Shown piece after piece: positions 15,171 to 24,124 of a stretch of 33,036 bases of DNA. Position 1 is the first letter of the stretch; each line of letters begins with the position of its first letter. The notes beneath the pieces are model-generated. The model saw only the letters and a list, made by a program, of their open reading frames with translations. It had not been told where the DNA came from and did no database searches. A program made the position numbers and the translations under genes. Where the stretch lies: the NCBI GenBank assembly GCA_937127265.1, contig CAKZLX010000462.1:1-33036 (forward strand), in the 5' to 3' direction. Source of the stretch: an uncultured Pseudomonadota bacterium (GTDB taxonomy: Bacteria > Myxococcota_A > UBA796).

Positions 15171-16406
15171 ATGCCAGCATTTGAATACAAAGCTCTCGCT
15201 CAAAATGGTAAAAAGACCAGTGGTATCATCAACGCTGACAGCAAGAAAGCCGCTCGTTCTCAACTCAAAAAGCAAGGTCTCTTTCCTACTGAGGTCAAAG
15301 AACAGCAATCGGGAAAGAAAACCAGTGGGCAAGGTCTCAACATTGAGATTGATTTTGCAAAATACTTTGAACGAGTTTCGGCACAAGAGTTGGCGGAAGT
15401 GACCAGTCAAATGGAAACATTAATTCGCACTTCGGTCGATATCTCTGAAACATTGAAAATTCTAGCCGAACAAACCGAAAACAACATGCTGCGATTGGCA
15501 TTGGTCGAAATTCAAGACAAAGTACAAAAAGGAGAATCTCTCTCTTCAGCGATGGCTGAACACCCAAAAATCTTCAACAATCTCTATGTCTCGTTGGTTG
15601 AAGTAGGGCAAGAAACCGGTAAACTAGACGACATTTTGGCACGGTTGCGAGAATACACCACCAAGATGGTTGATCTACAACAAAAGGTGATCAAAGCCGT
15701 TAGTTACCCTCTGCTCACCATGTTCATTTCTGGAGCCGTTGTGCTGGGGATCTTCATTGGTGTCATCCCTCGTATTCGGAAACTGTTTGATACTTTTGGC
15801 GCCACCCTTCCTTTGCCCACCCAAATCGTCTTGTTTATCAGTGACTTCTTGTTGAACTATTGGTACTTAATTGTCATAGCTGTGATCGCTTTAATCATCG
15901 GAGTTCCCAAATGGCTGGCCACAGAGAACGGACGACGAACCTTTGACACTTGGCTGTTGAAACTTCCATTTTTCGGAAATCTGTTTCGAATGATCGCCAC
16001 CTCCCGTTTTTCAAGAACATTGGCCACATTGTTGCGCGGTGGTCTCCCCTTGGACAAAGCATTGCCCATCGCCGAAAAGGTACTGGGTAATGTTGTACTG
16101 GCCGAAGTGGTCTCTGACGCTACCGATAACATCATCAAAGGCTATGCTTTTGCAAAACCTCTCGAAGAGTCTGGACAGTTTCCTCCCTTGTTGGTTCGGA
16201 TGATCGCAGTGGGAGAACGCACGGGTGAAATGGAACACATGTTGGTTGAGGCTTCCGATGCCTACGACCAACGGGTCGACACCAAATTGAACTCCCTTGC
16301 TTCGGTCATCGAACCATTCATGATGGTGGGATTGGGTGGGATCGTTTTATTGATCGGCACCTCAGTTTTATTGCCCCTGTTAAACATGTCGGCACTGGCT
16401 CGCTAA
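15171..16406 (+). CDS. gspF: Type II secretion inner-membrane platform protein GspF
   Basis: 411 aa with the duplicated GspF/PilC domain architecture (...LSSAMAEHPKIFNNLYVSLVEVGQETGKLD... and ...FPPLLVRMIAVGERTGEMEHML...). Confidence 0.95.
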   Translation: MPAFEYKALAQNGKKTSGIINADSKKAARSQLKKQGLFPTEVKEQQSGKKTSGQGLNIEIDFAKYFERVSAQELAEVTSQMETLIRTSVDISETLKILAEQTENNMLRLALVEIQDKVQKGESLSSAMAEHPKIFNNLYVSLVEVGQETGKLDDILARLREYTTKMVDLQQKVIKAVSYPLLTMFISGAVVLGIFIGVIPRIRKLFDTFGATLPLPTQIVLFISDFLLNYWYLIVIAVIALIIGVPKWLATENGRRTFDTWLLKLPFFGNLFRMIATSRFSRTLATLLRGGLPLDKALPIAEKVLGNVVLAEVVSDATDNIIKGYAFAKPLEESGQFPPLLVRMIAVGERTGEMEHMLVEASDAYDQRVDTKLNSLASVIEPFMMVGLGGIVLLIGTSVLLPLLNMSALAR

Positions 16407-16447
16407 ATACACTTTTATAATTGCTCATTACTATGTAGGAGATTCTC

Positions 16448-16882
16448 ATGAAGAAAAATCTATTGTCACAATCTATTCGGGCTACCCGTCGTGGTATGTC
16501 TTTGATCGAAATCGTTGTTGTACTCGCCATTCTAGGTATTCTAGCCACTGTAATTGGTGGTTCGATGCTCGGTGCATTGGATTCTGCCAACCAAGATACC
16601 ACCCGTATTGCCATTGGTCGAGTCAGTTCTGCTTTGGATATGTATGCTGCCAAACACCGTGGTAAATACCCAAGTACCAGTCAAGGGTTGGTTGCCGCCA
16701 AATCATTGATGCCAAATGGTGAAGTTCTGTTGGATGCTTGGGGTGGTGATTTTGTCTACCTCAGTCCAGCACAAGGTTGCGATGCCAAGTATGAAGTCAA
16801 ATCTTTGGGTAAAGACGGTAAAGAAGGTGGCGTCGAGTTTGATGCCGACATCAGTTCTTGCAACTTAAACGGCGACGAATAG
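16448..16882 (+). CDS. gspG: Major pseudopilin GspG
   Basis: 144 aa. Prepilin leader ...RRG/MSLIEIVVVLAILGILA, and the signature segment DAWGGDFVYLSP...YEVKSLGKDGKEGG. AGGAGA Shine-Dalgarno sequence upstream. Confidence 0.93.
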   Translation: MKKNLLSQSIRATRRGMSLIEIVVVLAILGILATVIGGSMLGALDSANQDTTRIAIGRVSSALDMYAAKHRGKYPSTSQGLVAAKSLMPNGEVLLDAWGGDFVYLSPAQGCDAKYEVKSLGKDGKEGGVEFDADISSCNLNGDE

Positions 16883-16898
16883 TCCAAGGTGAAACCGT

Positions 16899-17603
16899 AT
16901 GCGTCGTGGAATGACCCTCATCGAGTTGGTGATCGTGATTGCGATTGTTGGACTCATTGCAGCCATTGCCGCTCCAAGTCTCAATTCCATTTTGGGACTG
17001 GAGCAACAATCGGCGGTCAAAGAGATGGGGCAAACCATGATGTGGCTCCAAGAAGAAGCCGCAATGCGTAATGTTGCCTTTAGACTAGAAATCAACTTGG
17101 ATCGCAACCAGTGGAAAGTCGAACAAGGTGATCCATCATCTCTGATCTTTGCCACACCGGAAGAAGCCGAAGAATTTAGGGACGAACAAAAAGCCCAAAT
17201 GCGTCGATTTACCAAACGACAAATTGAATCCGGAGAGGTAGACGTTGCCGAAGATCCTTCGAAGTTTGGTGAGATTGACGATCCCCGTTTTGAAACCAAA
17301 CAAACCTTGCCCGAAGGGCTACAATTCGCCTTTGTCTATACCCCACAATATGGTGAAGATGGTGTAGAGCCCAATGTCGAGTTGCCTGACGATCCCGAAG
17401 ATGAAAAGATTGCTCACATTCACATTTTTCCAGATGGCACCGCTGAACACACTGTGATTCGAATCATTGAAACCGAAGAGCCCGACAATGGGTACTCCTT
17501 AGAAATGGATCCCATGGGTGGAATGGTTCGGATGACCGATGAAATCCTCGACCCACGAAATTCGATGGACTGGATTCCAGATGAGGGGCCTGACTTCCGA
17601 TGA
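16899..17603 (+). CDS. gspH: Minor pseudopilin, GspH-type (enlarged)
   Basis: 234 aa. Prepilin-type N-terminus MRRG/MTLIELVIVIAIVGLIAAIA. It is assigned by its position after gspG. Confidence 0.7.
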   Translation: MRRGMTLIELVIVIAIVGLIAAIAAPSLNSILGLEQQSAVKEMGQTMMWLQEEAAMRNVAFRLEINLDRNQWKVEQGDPSSLIFATPEEAEEFRDEQKAQMRRFTKRQIESGEVDVAEDPSKFGEIDDPRFETKQTLPEGLQFAFVYTPQYGEDGVEPNVELPDDPEDEKIAHIHIFPDGTAEHTVIRIIETEEPDNGYSLEMDPMGGMVRMTDEILDPRNSMDWIPDEGPDFR

Positions 17604-18259
17604 TGCTCTCCTTCTCTTCTATTCAATTGCAACGAACACGGTCTGTACGTGGTTTCAGTTTGATCGAAATCACCATCGCCCTTTCGATCTTGGTATTGGC
17701 GTTGTCGATTTTGGTGGAAAACCAAGGATTTGCGGCATTCATGACCCGTGATGCTGAAAAGATACGCATTGCAACGATGCTTGCCGAAGAAAAAATGGTG
17801 GAAGCCCAACTCTATTTGGAACTGGAAGGTTGGAAAAGTACTGACATCAATGAAGATGGTGACTTTGATGACTTGGGTAGTGAAGAATTTCGAGGTTCTG
17901 GAAACAATTTGGATCTCGATGAAGACTTTGAGGACTACCAGTGGGCCTACACTATCAGAACGATCGAACTCAACATGCCTGCCGACATGGGTGGGATGAT
18001 GAATGACATGATGGGTGAAGGCTATTATGGTGACCAGTCCCAAAACGAAGCGGTACAAGACAACCAAATGGACCTTGGCGACCTCGGGGTGTCCTCGGAC
18101 ATGATCACCGACTATCTCTCCGACTATATTCGTGAAGTTCGGGTCATTGTGTGGTGGGAAGAAGATTTTGAAGAAACCGGTGACTACGTTGAACTACTCA
18201 CCCACGTGGTCAACCCATCAGGAGTGGTGACAGATCCCGAGATGGAGGAGACCCAATGA
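17600..18259 (+). CDS. gspI: Minor pseudopilin, GspI-type (enlarged, acidic insertion)
   Basis: 219 aa. N-terminus VRG/FSLIEITIALSILVLAL. Its start overlaps the gspH stop by 4 nt. Assigned by operon order. Confidence 0.65.
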   Translation: MMLSFSSIQLQRTRSVRGFSLIEITIALSILVLALSILVENQGFAAFMTRDAEKIRIATMLAEEKMVEAQLYLELEGWKSTDINEDGDFDDLGSEEFRGSGNNLDLDEDFEDYQWAYTIRTIELNMPADMGGMMNDMMGEGYYGDQSQNEAVQDNQMDLGDLGVSSDMITDYLSDYIREVRVIVWWEEDFEETGDYVELLTHVVNPSGVVTDPEMEETQ

Positions 18260-18987
18260 CACTGATGCCTCCATGCCAAAGCCGTCGTCGTGGTCTCACA
18301 CTGATCGAAGTGGTCATCTCCTTAGGAATTTTGGTATTCATTGGAGCAATGACCTGGCAAACAATCGCTGGTTCATTGATGCTACGTGATATTTTAGCCT
18401 ATGAAGATTCCGTCTCTCGAAGTGCCCGTGTGGCGATGGATCAAATCAAAAAGGAATTGCGCGTTGCCTTTCTGACTTCCAATACCACTGCCGTTAACAC
18501 CTACCAAACGGTATTCATTGGCAAAGATGGTGGTGAGGAAGACCAATTGTGGTTTAATACCATGGCGCATCGACGAAAATACGTTGGTGCACGAGAAGGC
18601 GATCAAGCAGAAGTCACTCTCTGGGTTGAGAAAGGCACCAAAGAAACCGAACAAGTGCTCTTTCACCGAGAGTCTGGACGGGTGGATCACGAGCCAGAAA
18701 AAGGCGGTGTGGTCTTACCGATGATCACCCATATCAAAACCTTCAACTTGCGCTACTTGGATGGTACCATCAATGAATGGCAAGATGAATGGGATTCCAC
18801 TGGACCCGACCAAAGCAATCGATTACCTCGAGCGGTTGAAATCACCTTGGTAATCGAAAAAGAACATCCCGAAACCGGTGAAGAACAAACCTTTACGTTT
18901 TTGAATACCGTCGTCTTGGAAACAGCGGCCCCCATGAAACGATCGTTATTAGCGGGTGACGGTGGTGGGAGAAAGTTGCCGATATGA
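18256..18987 (+). CDS. gspJ: Minor pseudopilin GspJ
   Basis: 243 aa. N-terminus RRRG/LTLIEVVISLGILVFIG. 4-nt start/stop overlap with its neighbours on both sides. Assigned by operon order. Confidence 0.75.
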   Translation: MTLMPPCQSRRRGLTLIEVVISLGILVFIGAMTWQTIAGSLMLRDILAYEDSVSRSARVAMDQIKKELRVAFLTSNTTAVNTYQTVFIGKDGGEEDQLWFNTMAHRRKYVGAREGDQAEVTLWVEKGTKETEQVLFHRESGRVDHEPEKGGVVLPMITHIKTFNLRYLDGTINEWQDEWDSTGPDQSNRLPRAVEITLVIEKEHPETGEEQTFTFLNTVVLETAAPMKRSLLAGDGGGRKLPI

Positions 18988-20171
18988 AACTGAATACCCG
19001 ACATCATCAACGTTCTGGGGTCGCACTCTTGGTCGCCATTACCACTGTCGCCATGTTGACCATCATGGTCACCGAGATCACTTATATCGCTCGGATGCGA
19101 CTGCTAACCGCCAGCAACCAACGCGACCGTGTGCAAGCCTACTGGTTGGCAAAGTCAGGTACCGGAATCTACCAATTGATCTTGGCTGCCAATAAACAAA
19201 TTGGTAAAAATGAATTCATTCAACAATTTGGATTGGGCGATTCCTTGTGGCAAATGGTGCCATCTTTAAACACCGGAATGATGAGAATGTTGTTCGTTTC
19301 TGAATCTTCCAGTGGTGACCTTGATGAAGAGGACATTGAGACATTTAAATCAGAGGGAACCGTCTCCGAAAAAGTCGCCGAAGAATCAAGAGCGGGCGGT
19401 ATTTTCAGCGACAAGAACTTCTTGGATTTCTCTGGAGATTTTTCCGCTGAAATATCCGATATGGAATCCAAAATTGACATCAACCAATTGGGTTCTGAAG
19501 GCGACAACCTCCAAGATTCACCAACGGCCGCAAGAATGTTTGCCCTGATGAGTGGCGAAGAAAACGACCAGTGGTTTTTAGAACGCAATCTCGATCGATG
19601 GGAACTGATTGGTAATCTCAAAGACTGGGTCGATGCCGACACCTATCGCTCTGGTGGATTGGGTGGTCAAGAAGACTCTTTGTACGCCAACCAAGACCCT
19701 CCCTATCTCAGTAAAAATGCCAAGTTTGATACCACCGATGAGATTCGGCTGGTGGAAGGTTGGAATGGGGAACTCTACGACAAATTTCGCGATAAACTGA
19801 CCATTTGGAGTCGTGGAAAATTCAACCTCAACTCTTTTGATGAAGAAATGCATCGCGCACTGATTCGGGCCACCGCACTCAGTCAACCCTCCGATGCCAG
19901 TTTGGACATGTGCTTTGCGGGCAGTAGTGACTCAGTACTATCAGTTTGGGATATCGCCTCCTTTAATACCGGTCGAGACTATGCTACCTTTGTGATGAAC
20001 AACTGTGGCATTGAATTGGATGCCTCCAAAATCACTAATGTGACCAAACAATCACAAGTCTTTGAGGTCGTGAGTACCGGCATGGTTGGCACCAGCAGCG
20101 TAACGATCACCACCATTTTGGACTTTGCGGGCTCAAGTACCGGAAAAGTACAGTACATACGGATTGAATAG
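18984..20171 (+). CDS. gspK: Minor pseudopilin GspK
   Basis: 395 aa. The N-terminus RSGVALLVAITTVAMLTIMVTE lacks the Glu5-type prepilin motif, as is typical for GspK. Size and position fit. Confidence 0.8.
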   Translation: MKLNTRHHQRSGVALLVAITTVAMLTIMVTEITYIARMRLLTASNQRDRVQAYWLAKSGTGIYQLILAANKQIGKNEFIQQFGLGDSLWQMVPSLNTGMMRMLFVSESSSGDLDEEDIETFKSEGTVSEKVAEESRAGGIFSDKNFLDFSGDFSAEISDMESKIDINQLGSEGDNLQDSPTAARMFALMSGEENDQWFLERNLDRWELIGNLKDWVDADTYRSGGLGGQEDSLYANQDPPYLSKNAKFDTTDEIRLVEGWNGELYDKFRDKLTIWSRGKFNLNSFDEEMHRALIRATALSQPSDASLDMCFAGSSDSVLSVWDIASFNTGRDYATFVMNNCGIELDASKITNVTKQSQVFEVVSTGMVGTSSVTITTILDFAGSSTGKVQYIRIE

Positions 20172-20207
20172 CATGAATACTACACTATACACAACAGAGG
20201 TGACACC

Positions 20208-21734
20208 ATGATGATCGGATTGGACATCGGCAAAACAGTCATTCGCGCCTGTATCTTTGAAGGCAGTTTTGGACGATATACATTTGGGAATGTCATTGAA
20301 GAATTGGTGCCTACCAGTACCTTGGGGATGGACAGTCCGATTGAGGGTGATGACGAAGATACTGAAACTGTCGATCCTGCCCTGCTACAACAAGCCGATC
20401 TAGAACAACGACAGTCTAGTGCGATTCAGACATTACTGCGTGGTTTTCAAAACATTTCGGTGGTAACGCACCAACCGGCTAGCCAAGTCAGTACCCGACA
20501 AGTTTCCTTACCTTTCACCGACAAATCGCATATCGCGGAAGCACTTCCTTCCACCATTGAAGAATTGGTTCCCTTTGATGTAGATGAAGTCCAAATCCAA
20601 CATCGCGTATTGGATGCCACAGACAACGAATCCACACTGCTGGTTTTGATTACCAGTGAAGACATTATTGAAAGTCATTTGGATAAACTCGAAGGACTCA
20701 ATATAAATCCACAACATGTATTGATTGATGGTGACATACTAGGCTACTATGCGTCTACTGGTGTCCAAGTCATTCTGCATCCAACCGAGGATTCGATCAC
20801 TTGCAGCGTGTTCAAAGATGGACAAACACTTGGATTTCGTACCATATCGGGTGTGGTATCGCCACAAGTCGATATGCCATTAACCGCACCGACAATTGAA
20901 AGAATCCGTAGTACGCTGATTTTCTTTGAAGACAACCACGAGATCGATATCTCGGAGATCTTGTTATCTGGCGAGCACGCTCACCTGGAATCATTACAAG
21001 AACAAATTCGCACCGAAATGGGCGTTCCTTGTAGTCCTATATTGATCCCCAATAATGTGGCTCCCAAATGGGCTCTTGCCTACGCCCTAGCAGAAAAAGG
21101 ATGTGGCAATACCGATGGTAAAGAGTTCGATTTACGTACCCAAGGGTTTGCCTACCAAGGAAACATTCAAAAATTAGCCACCGTATTACAATATGCCGCC
21201 GCCTTCTCCATGATTGCATTTATTGGCTTCACAGGGTGGTTTTGGACCCAAAAGATTGCCATTGACAAAGAGATTGCCAGTCTCGAAGAAGATTTGATCG
21301 CCCAGATTCAAGAAACGATGCCTGACCTTCCACAATCAGTGATGGCAAACCCTTCAACCGTAGTGTCCTTGATGCAAGAAGAAATCATGACAGCGACTGA
21401 CAAACTAGACAAACTGGGATCAATTACGGCAGCCGAACCACCGATGCTCACTTTGGTAAAAGCCATTTCGGAAGGCATGCCCCCACATGAAAAGGCACGA
21501 ATTGATGTCAGTGAAATGATCATTTCCAAAACCAGCATCAACCTCAAAGCCGAAACGGATGGTTTTCAAACAGCAACCGAAATTGAACAAGCCCTCAAAC
21601 AACACCCTCGTTTCAAGCAAGCCCAAAAAGCCGATGAGAAGAGTATGCGTGATGGGATTCGATTTTCAATCATCATTCCACTAGAAGTCGATGAATCCAA
21701 CACTGATGCTCAAGATACCGAGGAGGACGGCTAA
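20208..21734 (+). CDS. gspL: GspL (PilM/actin-like cytoplasmic domain, TM segment, periplasmic domain)
   Basis: 508 aa. It has the N-terminus MIGLDIGKTVIRACIF and a single TM segment AAAFSMIAFIGFTGWFW. Its position before gspM fits. Confidence 0.7.
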   Translation: MMIGLDIGKTVIRACIFEGSFGRYTFGNVIEELVPTSTLGMDSPIEGDDEDTETVDPALLQQADLEQRQSSAIQTLLRGFQNISVVTHQPASQVSTRQVSLPFTDKSHIAEALPSTIEELVPFDVDEVQIQHRVLDATDNESTLLVLITSEDIIESHLDKLEGLNINPQHVLIDGDILGYYASTGVQVILHPTEDSITCSVFKDGQTLGFRTISGVVSPQVDMPLTAPTIERIRSTLIFFEDNHEIDISEILLSGEHAHLESLQEQIRTEMGVPCSPILIPNNVAPKWALAYALAEKGCGNTDGKEFDLRTQGFAYQGNIQKLATVLQYAAAFSMIAFIGFTGWFWTQKIAIDKEIASLEEDLIAQIQETMPDLPQSVMANPSTVVSLMQEEIMTATDKLDKLGSITAAEPPMLTLVKAISEGMPPHEKARIDVSEMIISKTSINLKAETDGFQTATEIEQALKQHPRFKQAQKADEKSMRDGIRFSIIIPLEVDESNTDAQDTEEDG

Positions 21735-21735
21735 A

Positions 21736-22314
21736 ATGTCTCAATTACAATACTACAAAGAACAAGCCCTTGAAGCCTTTGCCGCCTTGCCACCACGAGA
21801 TCGATTCTTAGCCGCCGGTCTGATTGTCTCAACATTTTTTGGTGGTCTGGGATTTGGGGTTTACTCGATGAACAATACCTTGCGCAGTGAACGTCAAGAT
21901 ATTGAACGGATCGGCAAATCGGTCGAACTGATTCAAGTCTTACAAGCAGAACAAGCCTCGTTAGAATCAGAAGTGGCTCAAATTGAAGAGTCATTGGCCA
22001 AGAACGCCACTACCGACTTATCGGCTTTCCTTGAGCAATCGGCCACAAAATCGGGTTTCAATCCAAAAGAGAAAAATATGCAAGTTCGTGAAAAGAGCAC
22101 CAGCAAAGATGGTCGCCTCCAAGAAAAAGTATTCTCTGTAAATCTCAGCAACCTCACCACCGAAGAGTTTGCCAAGTTCCTTTTTCAAACCGAAACCTCA
22201 GGTTATCCATTAAAAATTCAAACCAGTACCGTCAAAACGCGAAAAAGACGAGATGAAGTCACCCTAAATCTCAGTCTAGACATCGCAGCCTATAAACTGG
22301 TGGAGGAAGAATGA
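21736..22314 (+). CDS. gspM: GspM
   Basis: 192 aa starting from ATG 21736 (GGAGGA 8 nt upstream). I prefer this to the 21691 start in the ORF track, which would overlap gspL by 44 nt. It has one TM segment, FLAAGLIVSTFFGGLGFGVY. Confidence 0.7.
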   Translation: MSQLQYYKEQALEAFAALPPRDRFLAAGLIVSTFFGGLGFGVYSMNNTLRSERQDIERIGKSVELIQVLQAEQASLESEVAQIEESLAKNATTDLSAFLEQSATKSGFNPKEKNMQVREKSTSKDGRLQEKVFSVNLSNLTTEEFAKFLFQTETSGYPLKIQTSTVKTRKRRDEVTLNLSLDIAAYKLVEEE

Positions 22315-23585
22315 AACGCCTTCTGATTGCCATTGCCGCCTCTATTTGGGGACTGATTGTATTTCGAATCGCTCTCGGTATTCATTTCCCATCCGATAGT
22401 ATCCAAAACCGAATTGCGGTTGAAGTATCGAAAGCCACAGATGATGCAAACCAATTGAAAATCGGTGAACTGGGGTTAGCCTCTTTTCTGGGTGTACAAA
22501 TCAAAGACGGCATTTGGTACACAAAGAATGACCAAGGAGAGTTTGCTCCCAATTTCATGATTGAACAAGCCAGTGTCGTACTGAGCCCAATCCAAGCCTT
22601 GTTGGGTGCACTCAGTGCCTCCATCGAAGCAAATCTATTGGGAGGAGAGGTCTCTGCTACACTTGACGGCGATTCTTTTCAGCCAAACAAACTCGACATT
22701 GTCTTTGACACAACAAGCCTTGACCTCAGTCAGGTTCCAGTCGTTTCACCAACTTTCGAAGCCAATCTGGCAGGAAAACTCACCACCCATGTCGAAGGTA
22801 CCTTTCCACAAGAGTTACCCCACAAAAACTCAGAAGGTAGATTTACGATCGCCATTGATGGCCTGTCAATAGCCAATGCCAAAGCCTCAGGGATCGAATT
22901 ACCCACCTTGGACTTTTCAGAGTTTTCCATTTCAGGACTCTTTAACAATGGTAAATTGGAAATCACCGATGCCAACATCATTTCTGAAAGCATTGGTCTC
23001 AGTATTGATGGGGACATTATCCTCGGTAAGTTGTGGCAACGTTCGCGACTTCGTTTAACCTTGGAATTGAAACTGGGATCAGAGTTTGCCTTGATTGCCA
23101 AAATGCTTCCCGCACTCAAAAATAACAAAGTCACCGAAGAAAATGGGGACAGTCTTTACAAAATTGATGTCATTGGCACCATCAAAAATCCCCGTATCAA
23201 AACCAACAACCGAAACCGTGGTCGTCAAAACAATCGAGTGAATCCAAATAAACAGCGCGATATCGAAAAGGGAACCATCGAAAACACTCAAGATAGCAAG
23301 ACACCTGAAGAAAAACGACGAGAACGTCGAGAACGAATTGAAGCCAGAAAGCGCGCCCAAGAAAAACGAAAAGAAGCCGGTGGACTTGACCTTCCAGATC
23401 GTCCCATTCGAAATCTTCCCAATCGCCCTTTACAACGGGTGCCCGAGCTCGAACCAGAAGATGATGATCTAGAACCAAGTGAAGAAGAGTTGGAGCCCAG
23501 TGATGAAGAATTTGATCCTGGTGCCGAAGAAGAGCCCAGCGATGAAAATGATGATGAGGTAGAACCCAGTGATGAGGACGAATAA
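22311..23585 (+). CDS. gspN: GspN-like protein with a long, highly charged C-terminal tail
   Basis: 424 aa. It has an N-terminal TM segment LLIAIAASIWGLIVFRIAL. It is the last gene of the gsp operon, with a 4-nt overlap on gspM. The assignment is mainly positional. Confidence 0.55.
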   Translation: MKRLLIAIAASIWGLIVFRIALGIHFPSDSIQNRIAVEVSKATDDANQLKIGELGLASFLGVQIKDGIWYTKNDQGEFAPNFMIEQASVVLSPIQALLGALSASIEANLLGGEVSATLDGDSFQPNKLDIVFDTTSLDLSQVPVVSPTFEANLAGKLTTHVEGTFPQELPHKNSEGRFTIAIDGLSIANAKASGIELPTLDFSEFSISGLFNNGKLEITDANIISESIGLSIDGDIILGKLWQRSRLRLTLELKLGSEFALIAKMLPALKNNKVTEENGDSLYKIDVIGTIKNPRIKTNNRNRGRQNNRVNPNKQRDIEKGTIENTQDSKTPEEKRRERRERIEARKRAQEKRKEAGGLDLPDRPIRNLPNRPLQRVPELEPEDDDLEPSEEELEPSDEEFDPGAEEEPSDENDDEVEPSDEDE

Positions 23586-23591
23586 CGCAAT

Positions 23592-24050
23592 CTATTCCAT
23601 CGGCGTTTTTGATTTCTCCAAGAGTTGAATGTGCTCTATCACCATCTCTTTATCGATTGCTTTTAACATATCGTAAATCGTCAAAGCCGCCGTACTGACA
23701 GCCGTCAGGGCCTCCATTTCGACTCCTGTTTTCCAGACTGTTCCTACGATTGCCTGAATCTGCACACCATGGTCAACAACCTGCAAATCCACTGATACTG
23801 CATCAATTGGAATCGGGTGACAGAGGGGTATCAAATCCGCAGTTCGTTTGCTTCCTCCTATTCCAGCCAACTGAGCAATCGAGAGCACATCACCTTTTTT
23901 ATTATTTCCTTGGGCAATACTGTCCAGACTTTGGGGAGACAATCGAATAAATCCCTCGGCAATGGCAATCCGTTTTGAATGTGGCTTGGAGAGAATATCG
24001 ACCATTTTGGCGTTGCCTTCGGCGTCAATGTGGGTGAGCGTCTGTTTCAT
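23592..24050 (-). CDS. moaC: Cyclic pyranopterin monophosphate synthase MoaC
   Basis: The segments LTHIDAEGNAKMVD...KGDVLSIAQLAGIGGSKRTADLIPLCHPIPI...GVEMEALTAVSTAALTIYDMLKA are diagnostic for MoaC. I place the start at ATG 24050 (GAGGAAG upstream) rather than at the ORF-track start of 24104. Confidence 0.92.
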   Translation of the reverse strand: MKQTLTHIDAEGNAKMVDILSKPHSKRIAIAEGFIRLSPQSLDSIAQGNNKKGDVLSIAQLAGIGGSKRTADLIPLCHPIPIDAVSVDLQVVDHGVQIQAIVGTVWKTGVEMEALTAVSTAALTIYDMLKAIDKEMVIEHIQLLEKSKTPME

Positions 24051-24124
24051 AAATCTTCCTCTTGATGATGAGGTCATATATCCTAACCCCTCACCATTTA
24101 TCAAATTGCGTTACACTGTATGCC

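Noticed and set aside
17420-18067. A 215-aa minus-strand ORF. Similar antisense ORFs occur at 12367-12819, 14985-15410, 16865-17299, 19220-19642, 22730-23134, 23288-23590 and 27247-27714.
   Set aside because: All lie entirely antisense to confidently assigned genes (gspD/E/H/I/K/N, the Grx fusion). Their products are low-complexity or Ser/Arg-rich, as is typical of antisense frames of biased coding sequence. None has an RBS.
23583-23594. The convergent gspN and moaC stops are only 6 nt apart, with no terminator hairpin
   Set aside because: This is a real observation, but close convergent gene ends are common in compact bacterial genomes. Without transcript data there is nothing specific to infer.
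24051-24124. N-terminal extensions suggested by the ORF track for moaC (to 24104) and for the GT51 gene (from 24062). Similar extensions are suggested for TetR (26407), gspM (21691) and the sheath (9416).
   Set aside because: The extended starts would make the divergent genes overlap, or would add non-homologous residues. In each case a downstream ATG has a good Shine-Dalgarno sequence and matches the conserved family N-terminus.
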